Origin: Octopus vulgaris
Lineage: Eukaryota
Length of the DNA: 64,000 nucleotides
Assembly (NCBI GenBank): GCA_951406725.2
Contig: OX597814.1
Span: 35,092,001-35,156,000, forward strand
Direction: 5' to 3'
Below are positions 13,250 to 25,287 of the stretch, in pieces (the stretch's first letter is position 1; each line of letters opens with the position of its first letter). A program made the translations under genes and the position numbers. The notes beneath the pieces were generated by a model. The model did not search any database. It was not told where the DNA came from and saw only the letters and a list, made by a program, of their open reading frames with translations.

Positions 13250-13615
13250 TTCCCCACAGACATCGATGTCCACACCAGTCCGTTGGTGAACGCAGTGCTT
13301 CAAGGTATATTGTACAAAAACACATGACAAATAACGAAGTGATGATGAATATAACCCAGGCTATTGGGGCACACAAGAATCTGATTATGTTTGGGAAGAC
13401 AATGAAATTGAAATGGTATGGCCATGTCAAAGAAGTTCTTACCTTGAAAAATTCAATCGTGCAAGGCACAGTGGAAGGTGGACGAAAGTAAGGAAGGCCA
13501 AGGCAAAGATGGGCTCATAACATCAAAGAATAGACAGGCCTCAATTTCGCCGACCCGCAGAGAATGACAGAAGACAGAGAAGTTGAGGAATCTGGTTGCA
13601 ACGTCATTGGCATAG
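13250..13615 (+). mobile_element. RTE-clade LINE 3' ORF fragment
   Basis: Translates to HMTNNEV..KLKWYGHVKR..IVQGTVEGGRK*GRPRQRWAHNIKE*TGL..EDRE, the typical RTE C-terminus. Confidence 0.75.
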
Positions 13616-13904
13616 ACAGATGTTCATGCAGCGAGAGGTAGCCTTCTCATACCAATCGTGGGAGTCAGTTGGGGGCGTGGATGCAAAAATACAATAACAG
13701 TTCCTTCCTCCTGATTCAAAACAAAATATGCAATGTGAACCAAACAGACAGAGTAATTTTTCAATAATATAAAAGTCATTATGGAAATGGAACTTTTAAC
13801 AATTAAATATAGAGATGTGAAATGTAGGTTTAAGAAATGATCATTTCGTATATAAGCACAAAGTCATAAATATTTGTGGCTTGTAAAATTTGTTCAAATC
13901 TACA

Positions 13905-14035
13905 CAATATTTTGCTGGTATTTTATTGAACCCGGAAAGGTGAAAATCAAAGCCTACATCGGTGGTGCTGGAACTTCTGGAAAATAAGTGGTCAAATGAA
14001 TACCAGACGGCCTTTTATCAACTGATTCTGCCAGG
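13905..14035 (-). mobile_element. Degenerate SINE family A fragment
   Basis: CTGGTATTTTATTGAACCCGGAAAGGTGAAAATCAAAG..GATTCTGCCAG is a diverged reverse complement of the core and head. Confidence 0.55.
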
Positions 14036-15855
14036 GATAATAGAATTATAATAAAAGGAATAAGAAAAATACCTAATTTTACTATAACAATTGCAAACTA
14101 AAATCTAGGGAAGAAATATAATCTTCTTTATTTAATAAAAGAGTGTTTTATATTTATCACATATGTAAACGGATGCCAAAAACAACTAAGTCAATTAAGA
14201 TAGGACTTAGATATTTTTGTCACATTTTGCTTGATATGAAAGATTTCACAACGGCACCGAACTCGCCATAAATGGATAGAAGAGCTGAGAATTTGAGAAA
14301 GAAAGACAAGCTGCATTGGAAATAGCAATAAGGAAACAGGAGAAGCTATTTTCTTATGGGAAAATTAATATATTTTACAAACTGATAGTCTGTAAAATTA
14401 TTAAGTTGCACACATTTAGCACTACTTGAATATTAATAAGCCTTTCTACAATATAGGCAAATACCATTTAATGCCAAGTGGTATTCGCAATATTGTTTTC
14501 TAAACCAAAGAGCTTGAATGAGATACAATATAATAGACAATCACTCACGTGAACACCTCATAAATTATGTCCAAGAGAATATGTCAGTCGCATGACAGAC
14601 CACATTGACAGGAATTATACAGGAAACAGAAAAAGAACTACTTGATATAGGAAACCAATTAGATGTAGCTTGTGTAACACAAAGAATCGCAAGACCTAGC
14701 TGTATGATTGGTGCATCATGATTTTATACCTATATGATCATATTGGAGGATGTGTAATTTCTGATAAAATTATTATGATTAAATAGTGAACAAAAGCGTT
14801 GCACATCTTCTGTAGGAAAGAACAAAGCAGGTACTGGATTGCAGTCGTATGAGAATACTTTTATAAGTAGTTTACTACAACTGAATTAGATTTTGTTTCG
14901 ATGAATTTGCATTTACAATGCTACATGAAAAGATAAAGAGTTCACTGACGTAATTAATGAAATATTACTCTGTTTTACACAGAAAATTACTGTTAAAGAA
15001 CTTAACATGGGATTAAGTAATAGAAGCATTAACATTTTTAAAGTAATCCTACGGTGAGATAAACTGTATAATGGATTTTATTGCTATCATTAATTAATAT
15101 GCAAAAGTGAAATTATTAACTCGAGACGAGAAATTAAGAGAAACTGAGTGACGTCAGTTACACAATTGTTATGAAGTGGATACACACACACACACAAACA
15201 CACAGACACAGATACAGATACATACGCAGACAGATAGACAGACACACACAAACAAGCACGCACGCACATACACGCACACACACACACATGCACACACATA
15301 CATACATACTTGTATGTATATAGAATATTTGAGAGAAGTTATAAAATTTATGGTTTGAAGACAATGTCAAAAACTTCTATTTCAAAATCTAGTCGTAAAT
15401 GCAAATGCTTCAAAAACATGAAGTTCTTGTTTTTTGTTGTTGTCTTTGGGGCTTAAACCGAAATCATATTTGACCAAACTGATCTATGTTCAAAGGTAAC
15501 GTAGTTATAACCACGAGTGTGTCTGCTCTATCCTCTAAGACAGATTTGCTTGCTATTTCTAGAATACGGCTCAACCGATTACATAAATGCCCCTTCATTG
15601 TCTCGAACTTCGTCTAGTTAAATACACAAAAAGAGGAAGTTGCTGTTTTTGTAAATCATGGTATTGTGTAAAACTTCCAGAAGATCATTTCGATACAAGA
15701 GCTTCCAGTAGAAAACAACAATAAAAAATATCACCACCAACAACTCTAACGACACACGACAGCAGGACGAAAATCACCGAATATACTGAAGAAATTCACT
15801 TAAAGCAATAAAAGAAAAAAAAAGATCTAAATAAAAACTGGCGACGTTGTTATTG

Positions 15856-16061
15856 TTGTTGTTGTTAAGCAACAAGACGGGTAAGGGTGATTAGGTGATG
15901 GTCTAGGGCTTAGGGGCGTGAGACCCCATACATTGGAAAATAAAACAAATTTGGTCATCTTGTTGTAGTAGAGGGGGTTTTCGTTCACGCCCGCCACCAT
16001 TGGGAGGTGGCTCTCGAAGTCGCTAGAAAAGGAGATCTGCAGGTTCAAATTCTTGAACGGC
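15856..16061 (-). mobile_element. Unclassified 206-bp retroposed insertion with 16-bp TSD and (CAA)n tail
   Basis: Direct repeat GGCGACGTTGTTATTG at 15840-15855 and 16062-16077, with a (TTG)n run at the left end. Confidence 0.6.
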
Positions 16062-16118
16062 GGCGACGTTGTTATTGCAGGGTGCAATTGTAATTCCAGG
16101 GTGCTTTGCTTCTTCGAG

Positions 16119-16285
16119 TACGAGGGGTTGCTGAAAACTTCCTGGCCTTGGGTAAAAGACATTGCAGGAGGATCAGTTAATTATGATTTTCTTCAACATA
16201 TTCCAGTCTCAAATTCACACACTTATGGCAGGGGTCCTTCAGTTTTTTAAGGCCTGTAAAAGAACTCGGAAAGTTGGGCCTCCAA
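16119..16285. mobile_element. Mariner terminal fragment
   Basis: TA followed by CGAGGGGTTGCTGAAAACTT resembles the terminus TACGAGGGTAAGCTGAAAAGTT at 37437. The adjacent sequence resembles the 3' end of the mariner at ~3620-3750. Confidence 0.55.
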
Positions 16286-16509
16286 CTAGGCCTTTTGCGA
16301 CACCCACAAATCCAGGAACTTTTTCATCCAAATTTGATAGCCCTATTATGCATCCGCTGCTTTTGTTTTTCTGTCCCCCTCTCTCCCCCCTCTCTAATTC
16401 TGTTTTTTTCCCTTTACAATTCATAAATTTGTTAACATATTCATCTGCTTCTGAGTAGCACTATGATGGTGTAGTTAAACTATTCTACCATAGACCGAAT
16501 AGTTACTGT

Positions 16510-16627
16510 TGGTTAATTAAATAAGTACCAGCTACGCACTTGGGTCGATGTAATCGGCTTAATCCCTTTGTCTGTCCTTGTTTGTCCCCTCTATGTTTAG
16601 TACCACCGTTGGCAATACAGAAATAAA
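16510..16627 (+). mobile_element. SINE family A 3' half
   Basis: AATAAGTACCAG..GGGTCGATGTAATC..TTTGTCTGTCCTTGTTTGTCCCC. Confidence 0.8.
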
Positions 16628-16649
16628 TATATTTTAGTAGTGGTGGAGC

Positions 16650-17478
16650 TACCTTATTTGCTCCTTACAGCCATACATCCCACTCCGGCACCCTTTGTGT
16701 TCTTTTGGTAAGACATTGTTGGTTTCAGGTGCTCTATAAACCGATTATAGATGACTGATATTAGGGTTTTGTAGGTTGTTAATAGGCATGTTATTGGTCT
16801 GTAATTTTATGGGTGTACAGTGTCTTTGTTTTGGGGAATTAGTTTGGTTTGCCCTTCCAGCTTCCATTTTGGTGTTGATTCTGGCTCACTTACCAAGAAA
16901 TTGAACGCTGCCGCTAAGCGGATATGGGTACTGGTGAGATATTTCAACCAGAAGCTGGGGACCTTGTCTATCCTTGGAGTATTCCAGTTACTCCTCAGTG
17001 TGTCCATGATCTTTTGGCCCAGTCGTTAGATATTTCAAGATAGTTTGCCAGTCCAGTTGTAGTGGTTTTGTAGGAGATTTCAAACTGAACCAAACCTTCA
17101 CCTCCATGAGCTCTGGGTAGGTAAAGACGATCTGCGTCTGCCTTTGAGTGGTGCATCTCATTGTAAATCAGCAGCTCTGGGATTTTCCTGCCAATCTTCC
17201 TTATTTCGCTCATATTCCAGTTCAACGCATTGAATCTGTAATTAACAACCGGATCTGCTAAGGAATTTATAGCTACCACCCTGTTGTGTGCATTTAACTC
17301 GGATTTTAGAACTGCTCGAAGACTCCTGTAACACTCCTTCCTGATCTTCTTTTTCATACTTGTATGTTGAATGTCAGAGCCCTCATTTATTCCGACATAT
17401 TTCTAAGTTTGTTCCTGCTCCAACACCACGGAATGTGAGGTCTTCATTTTCCCTTTGTAGAAAGTGGCCTTGTCATAT
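16650..17478 (-). mobile_element. R4/Dong-type non-LTR retrotransposon fragments (diverged subfamily, rearranged)
   Basis: ORF 16995-17357 (LKSELNAHNRVVAINSLA..RLYLPRAHGGEGL) and ORF 16807-17007 (DKVPSFWLKYLT..GQTKLIP), followed by NYRPITCL. Confidence 0.8.
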
Positions 17479-17481
17479 TAG

Positions 17482-17501
17482 TATTATTATTATTATTACT
17501 A

Positions 17502-17578
<77 letters not shown>
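17482..17578. repeat. (ATT/TAA)n microsatellite at the Dong 3' junction
   Basis: Visible trinucleotide run between the two Dong-type segments. Confidence 0.95.
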
Positions 17579-17581
<3 letters not shown>

Positions 17582-19843
17582 TAGTTTTATTTTTATAGCG
17601 TGCTTTCACTTCACTACCGAGCACAGCTCTGTGTGCCTTGGGTATGTGCTGTGATTTGTTGTGATGTTCTGATGGCTATTGTATGGAAAGTGTTCTGCGT
17701 AGGATGTGTGCAGTGCCTAGTAGTGCAATTTTCTGTATGTTATATGTGTTTGTAAGTCCTGCTGTTTTTGTTATGTATTTGTCTGAATATTTTTTTATCA
17801 TGCCTAATGCACTTACTATGATAAGGATTGTTTCTGTTTTTAGATTCCACTTTCTTCATGATCTCTGACAACTATATCTGGTCTGCTGGCCTTAATTTCT
17901 CTATCTGTGTGTATCGGCATATCCCAGATTTTGGTTGCATTCTCGTTTTCTGTGACCTTTTCTGGTGTGTGCCTATACCATTTTTTTTCTGTTGTTATTC
18001 CATAATGTTGGCATAGCTTCCAGTGTATGTAGGTTCCAACTCTGTCATGTCTGTGAATATATTCCTTCTTTGCCAGGAGTGGGCAGCCAGAGATAATATG
18101 ATTTATTGTTTCTTGTCCATCTCCACATATTCTGCAGTTACTTGTTATATTTCTTTTCATTACATGTTTTTGGTAATTTCTGGTGGGGCGGCTTTGGTCT
18201 TGTGCTGCAATTAAAAATCCCTCTGTCTCTGCTTTGAGTCCTGAGCTTCTCAACCATTGCTGGGATTGTTCTTTGTCTATTTCTTTTGCATTTAGTTTAG
18301 TCCAATGAAGGGGCTTTTCTTGCCATCGTTTTATCATAGTTCTTTGCTTTTCTTGCCATCGTTTTATCATAGTTCTTTGCTTTTCTAGTTTTAGTTTGGA
18401 TTTCATTTGTTTTATAGCTTTTGTTGTTTCTTCATCTTCTTCTTCTTCATATTTGTTAGGTGGTATGATTTCTTGTTTGTATTTGTCAGCTTCCTTAAAT
18501 ACTGAGAACAGTTTTTTGTTTTGCTCGTGTTTTGCCGCTATTTGTATCAGTTATCATTCCTTCTGAAGTAGATATTTTTGCATTCCTATGGTGGTTATTT
18601 TATAGTAGTTTTCCAGCTTTATAAGGCCTCTACCGCCTTCTATACGTTGTATATATAGTCTTTCTATGTCAGATTTTGGGTGATGCATCATAGATCCTGT
18701 CATTATTTTTCTTGTTTTCCTATCTATTTTGGTCAGTTCATTTAGTGTCCAGTTAAGGATATTGTAGCTGTAACTTATAACTGGGACAGCTAAAGTGTTA
18801 ATACCTATTATCTTGTTTTTAGCATTGAGCTCTGTTTTTAGTATTGATTTAACTCGTCTATAATATTCTTTTTTTATTTTCTCTTTCATTTGAGCGTGTG
18901 TGGTGTCTTATCAAGTTCGTGGATTCCTAAGTATTTGTAAGTTTGGCTTTGGTCTAATTCTTTTATTTCATTTGTTGTATCTAGTGTGATGTTGCTACTC
19001 TTAACTAGTTTTCCTCTTTTCAGGGTTACTTTGGCGCATTTTTCGAATCCAAATTTCATATCTATTTCTTTGGTAACCCCATGAACTGTCTTTAGTAGTG
19101 TTTCCACCTGTTTGTCATTTGCAGCGTATAGTTTTAGGTCATCCATATATAAAAGGTGACTGATCGTTTTGCCGTAACATTTATATCCGCATCCAGTTCT
19201 ATTTAGCATATCAGATGGAGGTGACAGTGCCAAGCAGAAAAGGAGTGGAGAGAGCGTGTCTCCCTGGAGTATTCCTCTTCTAATGGGGATAGCTTTGGTT
19301 TTCATGAGTTCCTCTTTTGTTTGGAGATGTAGCACTGTTTGCCATTTATTCATAGAGTGTCTTATGAATTTTATAATTGTTGGTGCTACTTTGTTAATGG
19401 CTAGTGTTTCGAGGATCCATGTGTGGGGGATGCTATCAAACGCCTTTTGGTAGTCGATCCAGGCCATACTGAGGCCTTTCTTCTTTCTGTGGCTGTCTTC
19501 AGTTATGGCTTTATTAATCATTAGTTGATCTTAACAGTCATATGAGCCTTTGCGGCATCCTTTCTGCTCTTCTGGAAACAGGATGTTTTCGTCCAGGTGC
19601 TTGTTCAACCTTTGCGATATCACTGCAGTAAATGCCTTGTACATTGTAGGGAAACAGGTTACTGGTCTGCAGTTTTCTGGTTTTGCTGTCTCATTTGATT
19701 TGGGAATTAAGATGGTTTTCCCCTTCGTGAGCCATCCTGGCATTGTCTCTGGTTCTGCTAGTATGTTGTTAAAGTTTTCAGCCAGCTTTTTGTGCATTCC
19801 TGTTAGATATTTCAACCAGAAGTTTGGGATCTTATCATGTCCA

Positions 19844-19845
<2 letters not shown>
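17579..19845 (-). mobile_element. 5'-truncated R4/Dong-clade RLE non-LTR retrotransposon (pseudogenised RT + CCHC + RLE)
   Basis: ORFs 19531-19815, 18886-19521, 18554-18889 and 17840-18406 carry PEEQKGCR, WIDYQKAFDSIPH, RRGILQGDTLSPLLF, LLYMDDLKLY, YKYLG, GGRGL, the zinc knuckle CRICGDGQETINHIISGC, RHD and RPDIV. QKIALLGTAHILRR follows on the minus strand near 17700. (TAA)n flanks both sides. Confidence 0.92.

Positions 19846-19901
<56 letters not shown>
19846..19901. repeat. (TTA/TAA)n microsatellite at the Dong 5' junction
   Basis: Visible trinucleotide run. Confidence 0.95.
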
Positions 19902-19903
<2 letters not shown>

Positions 19904-20103
19904 GGCAAACGCGCTGGCAGAGACGTTGGCACACCGCCCTTAATGCTAAGCGGCACTTCTTCTTACTTTACATTCTGAGTTCAAATTCCGCCGAGGTCGA
20001 CTTTGCTCTTCATCCTTTCGGGGTCGACGAAGTAAATACCAGTAGAGCAGTGAGAAACGACTAACCCGTCTCAAAATTTCAGGTCATGTGCCTATGATAG
20101 AAA
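19902..20103 (+). mobile_element. SINE family A copy (AAATTTCAGG tail variant)
   Basis: Head GCTGGCAGAG.., core CCGAGGTCGACTTTGC..CATCCTTTCGGGGTCGA, tail AAAATTTCAGGTCATGTGCCTAT. Confidence 0.85.
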
Positions 20104-20899
20104 TTCTTTCTCTTCTTCTTCTTATCATTATTGCTATTATCCATAGTTTTAGAAACACAAAGAATTATTTTCATTGCTTTATTGTTATATTATTTATGAA
20201 TGCACTGGTTTCTGTCCTCAGCTGTTTACGCATTTTATATTGCTTGTATTTCCACACACACACACACTCACTCACACATACACAAACACATACGCATACA
20301 CATATTTATATGTATAGAAACACAAATATACAGACACATGTAAATAAAATATAAATATATATGTATAAATCAATTATTGGTCTTTAGTTAACTATTTGTT
20401 TGTTAATATTTTTCCCTGCCTTTCAGATCTTAGCGTTTACAAAGAAACTTTTTTCTCGTCTCTGATACATTAATTCAAATCTCATCTTTACGTAGTTAAG
20501 AGCTTTTCATTTATATAAGACCCCGCGGCACTTGTAGTCTAGTTGAAAGTTTGTTGTAAGAAGTATATGTTGATTAGTTATAACGGGTGATACTTCTCAC
20601 TCTAAAGATATTCCTTCTATTTTCCGGCAAAAAATAATCATTTCAAACGAGAAGAATCTTTTTCTTTATTATTTATATCCTAACTAAATCTTATTTATGT
20701 AGTCCTGTATAAATTCTCAGACGTTATCACCAGGAATGTGATACAAATTCAAAAACTTCGGCTTTGTTAATGCCAAAAAGAAAGTGAAAATAATGTGCTA
20801 TAATAGACATGAAAACAGTTCAAATAAGGAGTCTATTAAATAGTTTGTTATTTGGAATCAGAAAGCAGAACATTTATAAGGATATTTACTCATTGATAC

Positions 20900-21852
<953 letters not shown>

Positions 21853-22079
21853 AATTGAGATAGGGGTTGTAAATGCAACCCACCATGGGATAACATATAT
21901 CCAATATACTGCTAGTGAAGTACCCAACAAAGTTAATACATAAATGTTAAGGATTGCGATGCAATCAATTCATTTACTGTATTATATGGGCAAAGGTAAA
22001 ATGATTTACCACAAATTACTAATACAAGATAAGAAAATGGATATTTGATTTAGATGTATTTCTCCATTTTCTTATCTTG

Positions 22080-22101
<22 letters not shown>

Positions 22102-22113
<12 letters not shown>

Positions 22114-22356
22114 TTAGAGACAAAACCACTATTTTGCAAAACAAACAAAAAGACTTAATCAATACATAAAATTTTAATAAAAAGTCAAAATAATTTGAAA
22201 CTGACTTATTGGAAGTCCACCTGAAGATTGTCGATCAGGACAAGAAACAATTGTAGTGGCGGTTTTTTTGACTTTTTATTAAAATTTTATGTATTGATTA
22301 AGTCTTTCCTTGTTTGTTTTGCAAAATAGTGGTTTTGTCTCTAATAATATTATATA
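22102..22356. repeat. Long inverted repeat (~90-bp arms), probable Penelope-like inverted pseudo-LTR remnant
   Basis: 22102-22190 is nearly the exact reverse complement of 22266-22356. The loop carries a hammerhead motif, and (TA)n runs lie on both sides. Confidence 0.85.
22217..22259 (+). ncRNA. Minimal type I hammerhead ribozyme motif (PLE type)
   Basis: CCAC-CTGAAGA-TTGTC(gatcag)GACAA-GAAA-CAATTGTA-GTGG. Stem I is CCAC/GTGG, stem II has 5 bp, the mini stem III ACAATTGT is palindromic, and the cleavage triplet is GTA. Confidence 0.72.
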
Positions 22357-22430
22357 ATATTTTACTATAAAATTGGATTTAATCCTAAATCTGATTTTTT
22401 CCCTGTAAATTTGGATTTATTCCCTAATAT

Positions 22431-22490
<60 letters not shown>

Positions 22491-22491
<1 letters not shown>

Positions 22492-22975
22492 CCTCCTCCA
22501 GGCACTTGATGTAGGCCTCCGTTTTAAATGTGAGACCGTGTGGGAAGATGAATGGTGGCATAACGTCACCATCATTAGTGATCACTCTAAACACCATGAT
22601 TTTGACTGGATGTTTGATTTTTATCGCTGCCCGTGCATGTTTTGGGGACAAGGCAAGCCAACGGTTGTTCTATGTGTTCACCATATGAACCTAGCAGAAT
22701 TTTTCTTCGTCTGAGAAAAAACAAAACATGTTCGGTTGGAGGGGACGCTCGAGTTTATTGAAAAGCTTTGTAGCGCGGCCTTTCCTCTTGTCCTGGACAG
22801 CTAGGGATAAAAATTAGCCCTTTCTCTTATGAAAAAATACCGAATATCTTCATGCACTACTTCCTTGATAAGAAACTCAGCCACTTCCATGTGCCTGGCG
22901 ATGGACCTGATTAATTTAGAGGGATCATTATCAATCATGGCTTGGATCTCATCAACAAATTCAGGAGTTAACCTC
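22491..22975 (-). mobile_element. Tc1/mariner-superfamily transposase fragment
   Basis: TPEFVDEIQAMIDNDPSKLIRSIARHMEV (HTH), FFSDE (first catalytic D), and KHPVKIMVFRVITNDGDVMPPFIF..AYIKCLEEV. Confidence 0.78.
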
Positions 22976-23110
22976 ACCGAAATAGTGAGCAGAGAAGATG
23001 GACACACACACACGCACGTACACACACAAACACATACACATATGCATAAATATATAAACATTTGCAGACACATAAATACATACACATTCCTACTCATACA
23101 CATATAACAA

Positions 23111-23145
<35 letters not shown>

Positions 23146-23170
23146 CAAAGTTTATATATATATATATAAA

Positions 23171-24895
23171 CTTTGATACTTTGATAGGATTCGGCCAGTA
23201 TTAGCTCAGACCACCTGGCAAAGGCATTCAAATCAGGAATCGGACAACATAGCCCACTCGAGGAGAGAGGTATTGGCTGCGGAGACATATCCAGATGTAA
23301 GAGGTTTATCCGGGATTTTTGAAGGAGTTTGTCCAAAAACTTCTTGAACTTTATGGGGTCTGTTTCTGCTTTAATGTGTTTTGGTGCAATGTTAAAGAGC
23401 GCGGCGCCAATTGAGGTGAAGTAATTGTGCAGTATTGTCATTATGTGATGCGAATATGATTTATGTTTTGGGCGGATAGCACGGGTGTATCTTGGGTGTA
23501 TCTTAAAGGCGATGCCAACATCATTTGGGCAATGCTGATGGAAGATTTTCCACATCATGCAAATGATGTAGCGCTCACGGCGGCGTTGGAGGGAATAAAG
23601 CTTCAGCTTTGCTAGTCGATCCCAATAGTCAAGGCCTGTCATTTCATCTATTTTTTTTGTAATTGAGCTTTGAAGTGCTTCTATTTTTACGATCTTTTGC
23701 TTTGAGTGGGGAGACAACAGTGGACAACAGTATTCAAGGTGAGGTCAGGCAAAAGTAGAGAAGATAAAATAATGGTGTGGATACCTCTCGACTGGAATGT
23801 TCAGAGAATCCAGGAACACATTCTGCGGGCCATGTCAACTTTGCTGTTTATATGAGCGGTGCAGCTTATGCTGTCCACAATTACTCCCAAGATTCTTATG
23901 TTGTTGGATGCCATAAGAGTTTCGCCCGAAGGAAGGGAGTATGGGGGTTTCAGGGCATCCTCTTTTCCGAGTTGGATTAACTCAAATTTGTCATCGTTCA
24001 GCAGAATATTATTCTTTTCCGCCCGTTGGATGACAGCCAGTAGATCTGACTGAAGACCTGCACGGTTACCCACTTCATTGATGACCTTCTGAATCTTGAA
24101 ATCATCTGCAATGATTCTTATGTTACTATGCTTGGTGATGTCAGTAATGTCATTTATATAGATGAAGAATAGAAGTGGCCCCAACACAGTGCCTTGTGGA
24201 ATACCACTACTGACTTTGTTTGGGCTTCATTTTACTCCTGCGACTACAAGGTGTTTTTTCAAGAGGATCTTAAAATGAACCCTGTCAAAGGAGTTGCTAA
24301 AATCAAGGTAGATGACATCAGTATTCGAGCCCTCTCCCAAAGCTCTCAAAATGTCATCAAACTGATGCAAGACCTGCGTTAGGTAGTTCTTTCCATTACG
24401 GAACCCATTTTAGTTGGGGTTCAGCAGTCTGTTGCTTTAAAAAAAGTGGGTTATTCGTGATCTCACGTTCTCAAATACCTTGATATGAGAGGTAAGCGAG
24501 ATCGGCCAGTAGTTCACTACAAGGGACTTGTTTCTCTTTTGAAAGCTAGGGCAATAGACTAGGAGAGAAAATTCTCAGGAATATAACCAGCAACCAGCGT
24601 GTTCTTCCACAGATTAACAAGAGGAGATGCAAATTGGTGTCGGCACACCTTCAGGACATCAGCAGGGAATCATCAGCGTCTGCTGCTGAACTGTGTTTGA
24701 TTTCGTTTATTGGCACTAAGACATCAGACGTGCCAACCGTTATGTCTGATATAGTGTGATGAGGATTAACATCGCTAATACAGTTCAGATCAGCTATATC
24801 AGGATTGCTAAAAATAGAGCAGTACTGTTTGTACAATATCTCACTCATGGTTTTAGCGCAATATCGGTATTTGAGGTGGCCTATACAACCCAACT
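23171..24895 (-). mobile_element. 5'-truncated, decayed CR1/L2-group LINE
   Basis: Motifs WPISLTS, DVIYLDFSNSFD, SGIPQGTVLGPLLFFIYINDI, IIADDFKI, LEYCCPL and LDYWDRLAKLKLYSLQRRRERY. The short 3' tail is a (TATCAAAG) repeat. Confidence 0.88.
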
Positions 24896-25087
24896 ATATC
24901 TATCTATCTATCTATATATATAATATTAATAATAAAAGGGTAAAATTGATTAATTAATTAATCAATTAATTAATTAATAATTAGTAATTTTACCAAGGAG
25001 ATAGGTACGTTGACTTTTTTTAGGTAGAATTATACAAATATTCTATAATTATAAACATAATTATAATTAGGGGTCAGCTAATTGCTT

Positions 25088-25287
25088 CACTACGCACCGA
25101 ATTTCGAAATTAAAATTCTTTTTCTGCAACCATAAAGATCTCCCAGATAGTAACATACTTTTTTACTTAGGCAGAAAGAAAAAATAATGAATCTTTTTCC
25201 TACGTAAAAGTATGTTACTACCTGGGAGATATTTATGGTAATAGAAAATGAATTTTAACTCCTATTTCTAAATTCCGTGCATGGTGT
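25088..25287. repeat. Imperfect long inverted repeat next to the PLE RT
   Basis: CCATAAAGATCTCCCAGATAGTAACATACTTTT pairs with AAAAGTATGTTACTACCTGGGAGATATTTATGG. Outer arms GCACCGAATTTCGAAAT and ATTTCTAAATTCCGTGC also pair. Confidence 0.8.

Noticed and set aside
14240-14720. Possible piggyBac C-terminal remnant (RCSLCNTKNRKT)
   Set aside because: It is a single short Cys motif, with no TTAA/TIR ends or catalytic motifs identified.
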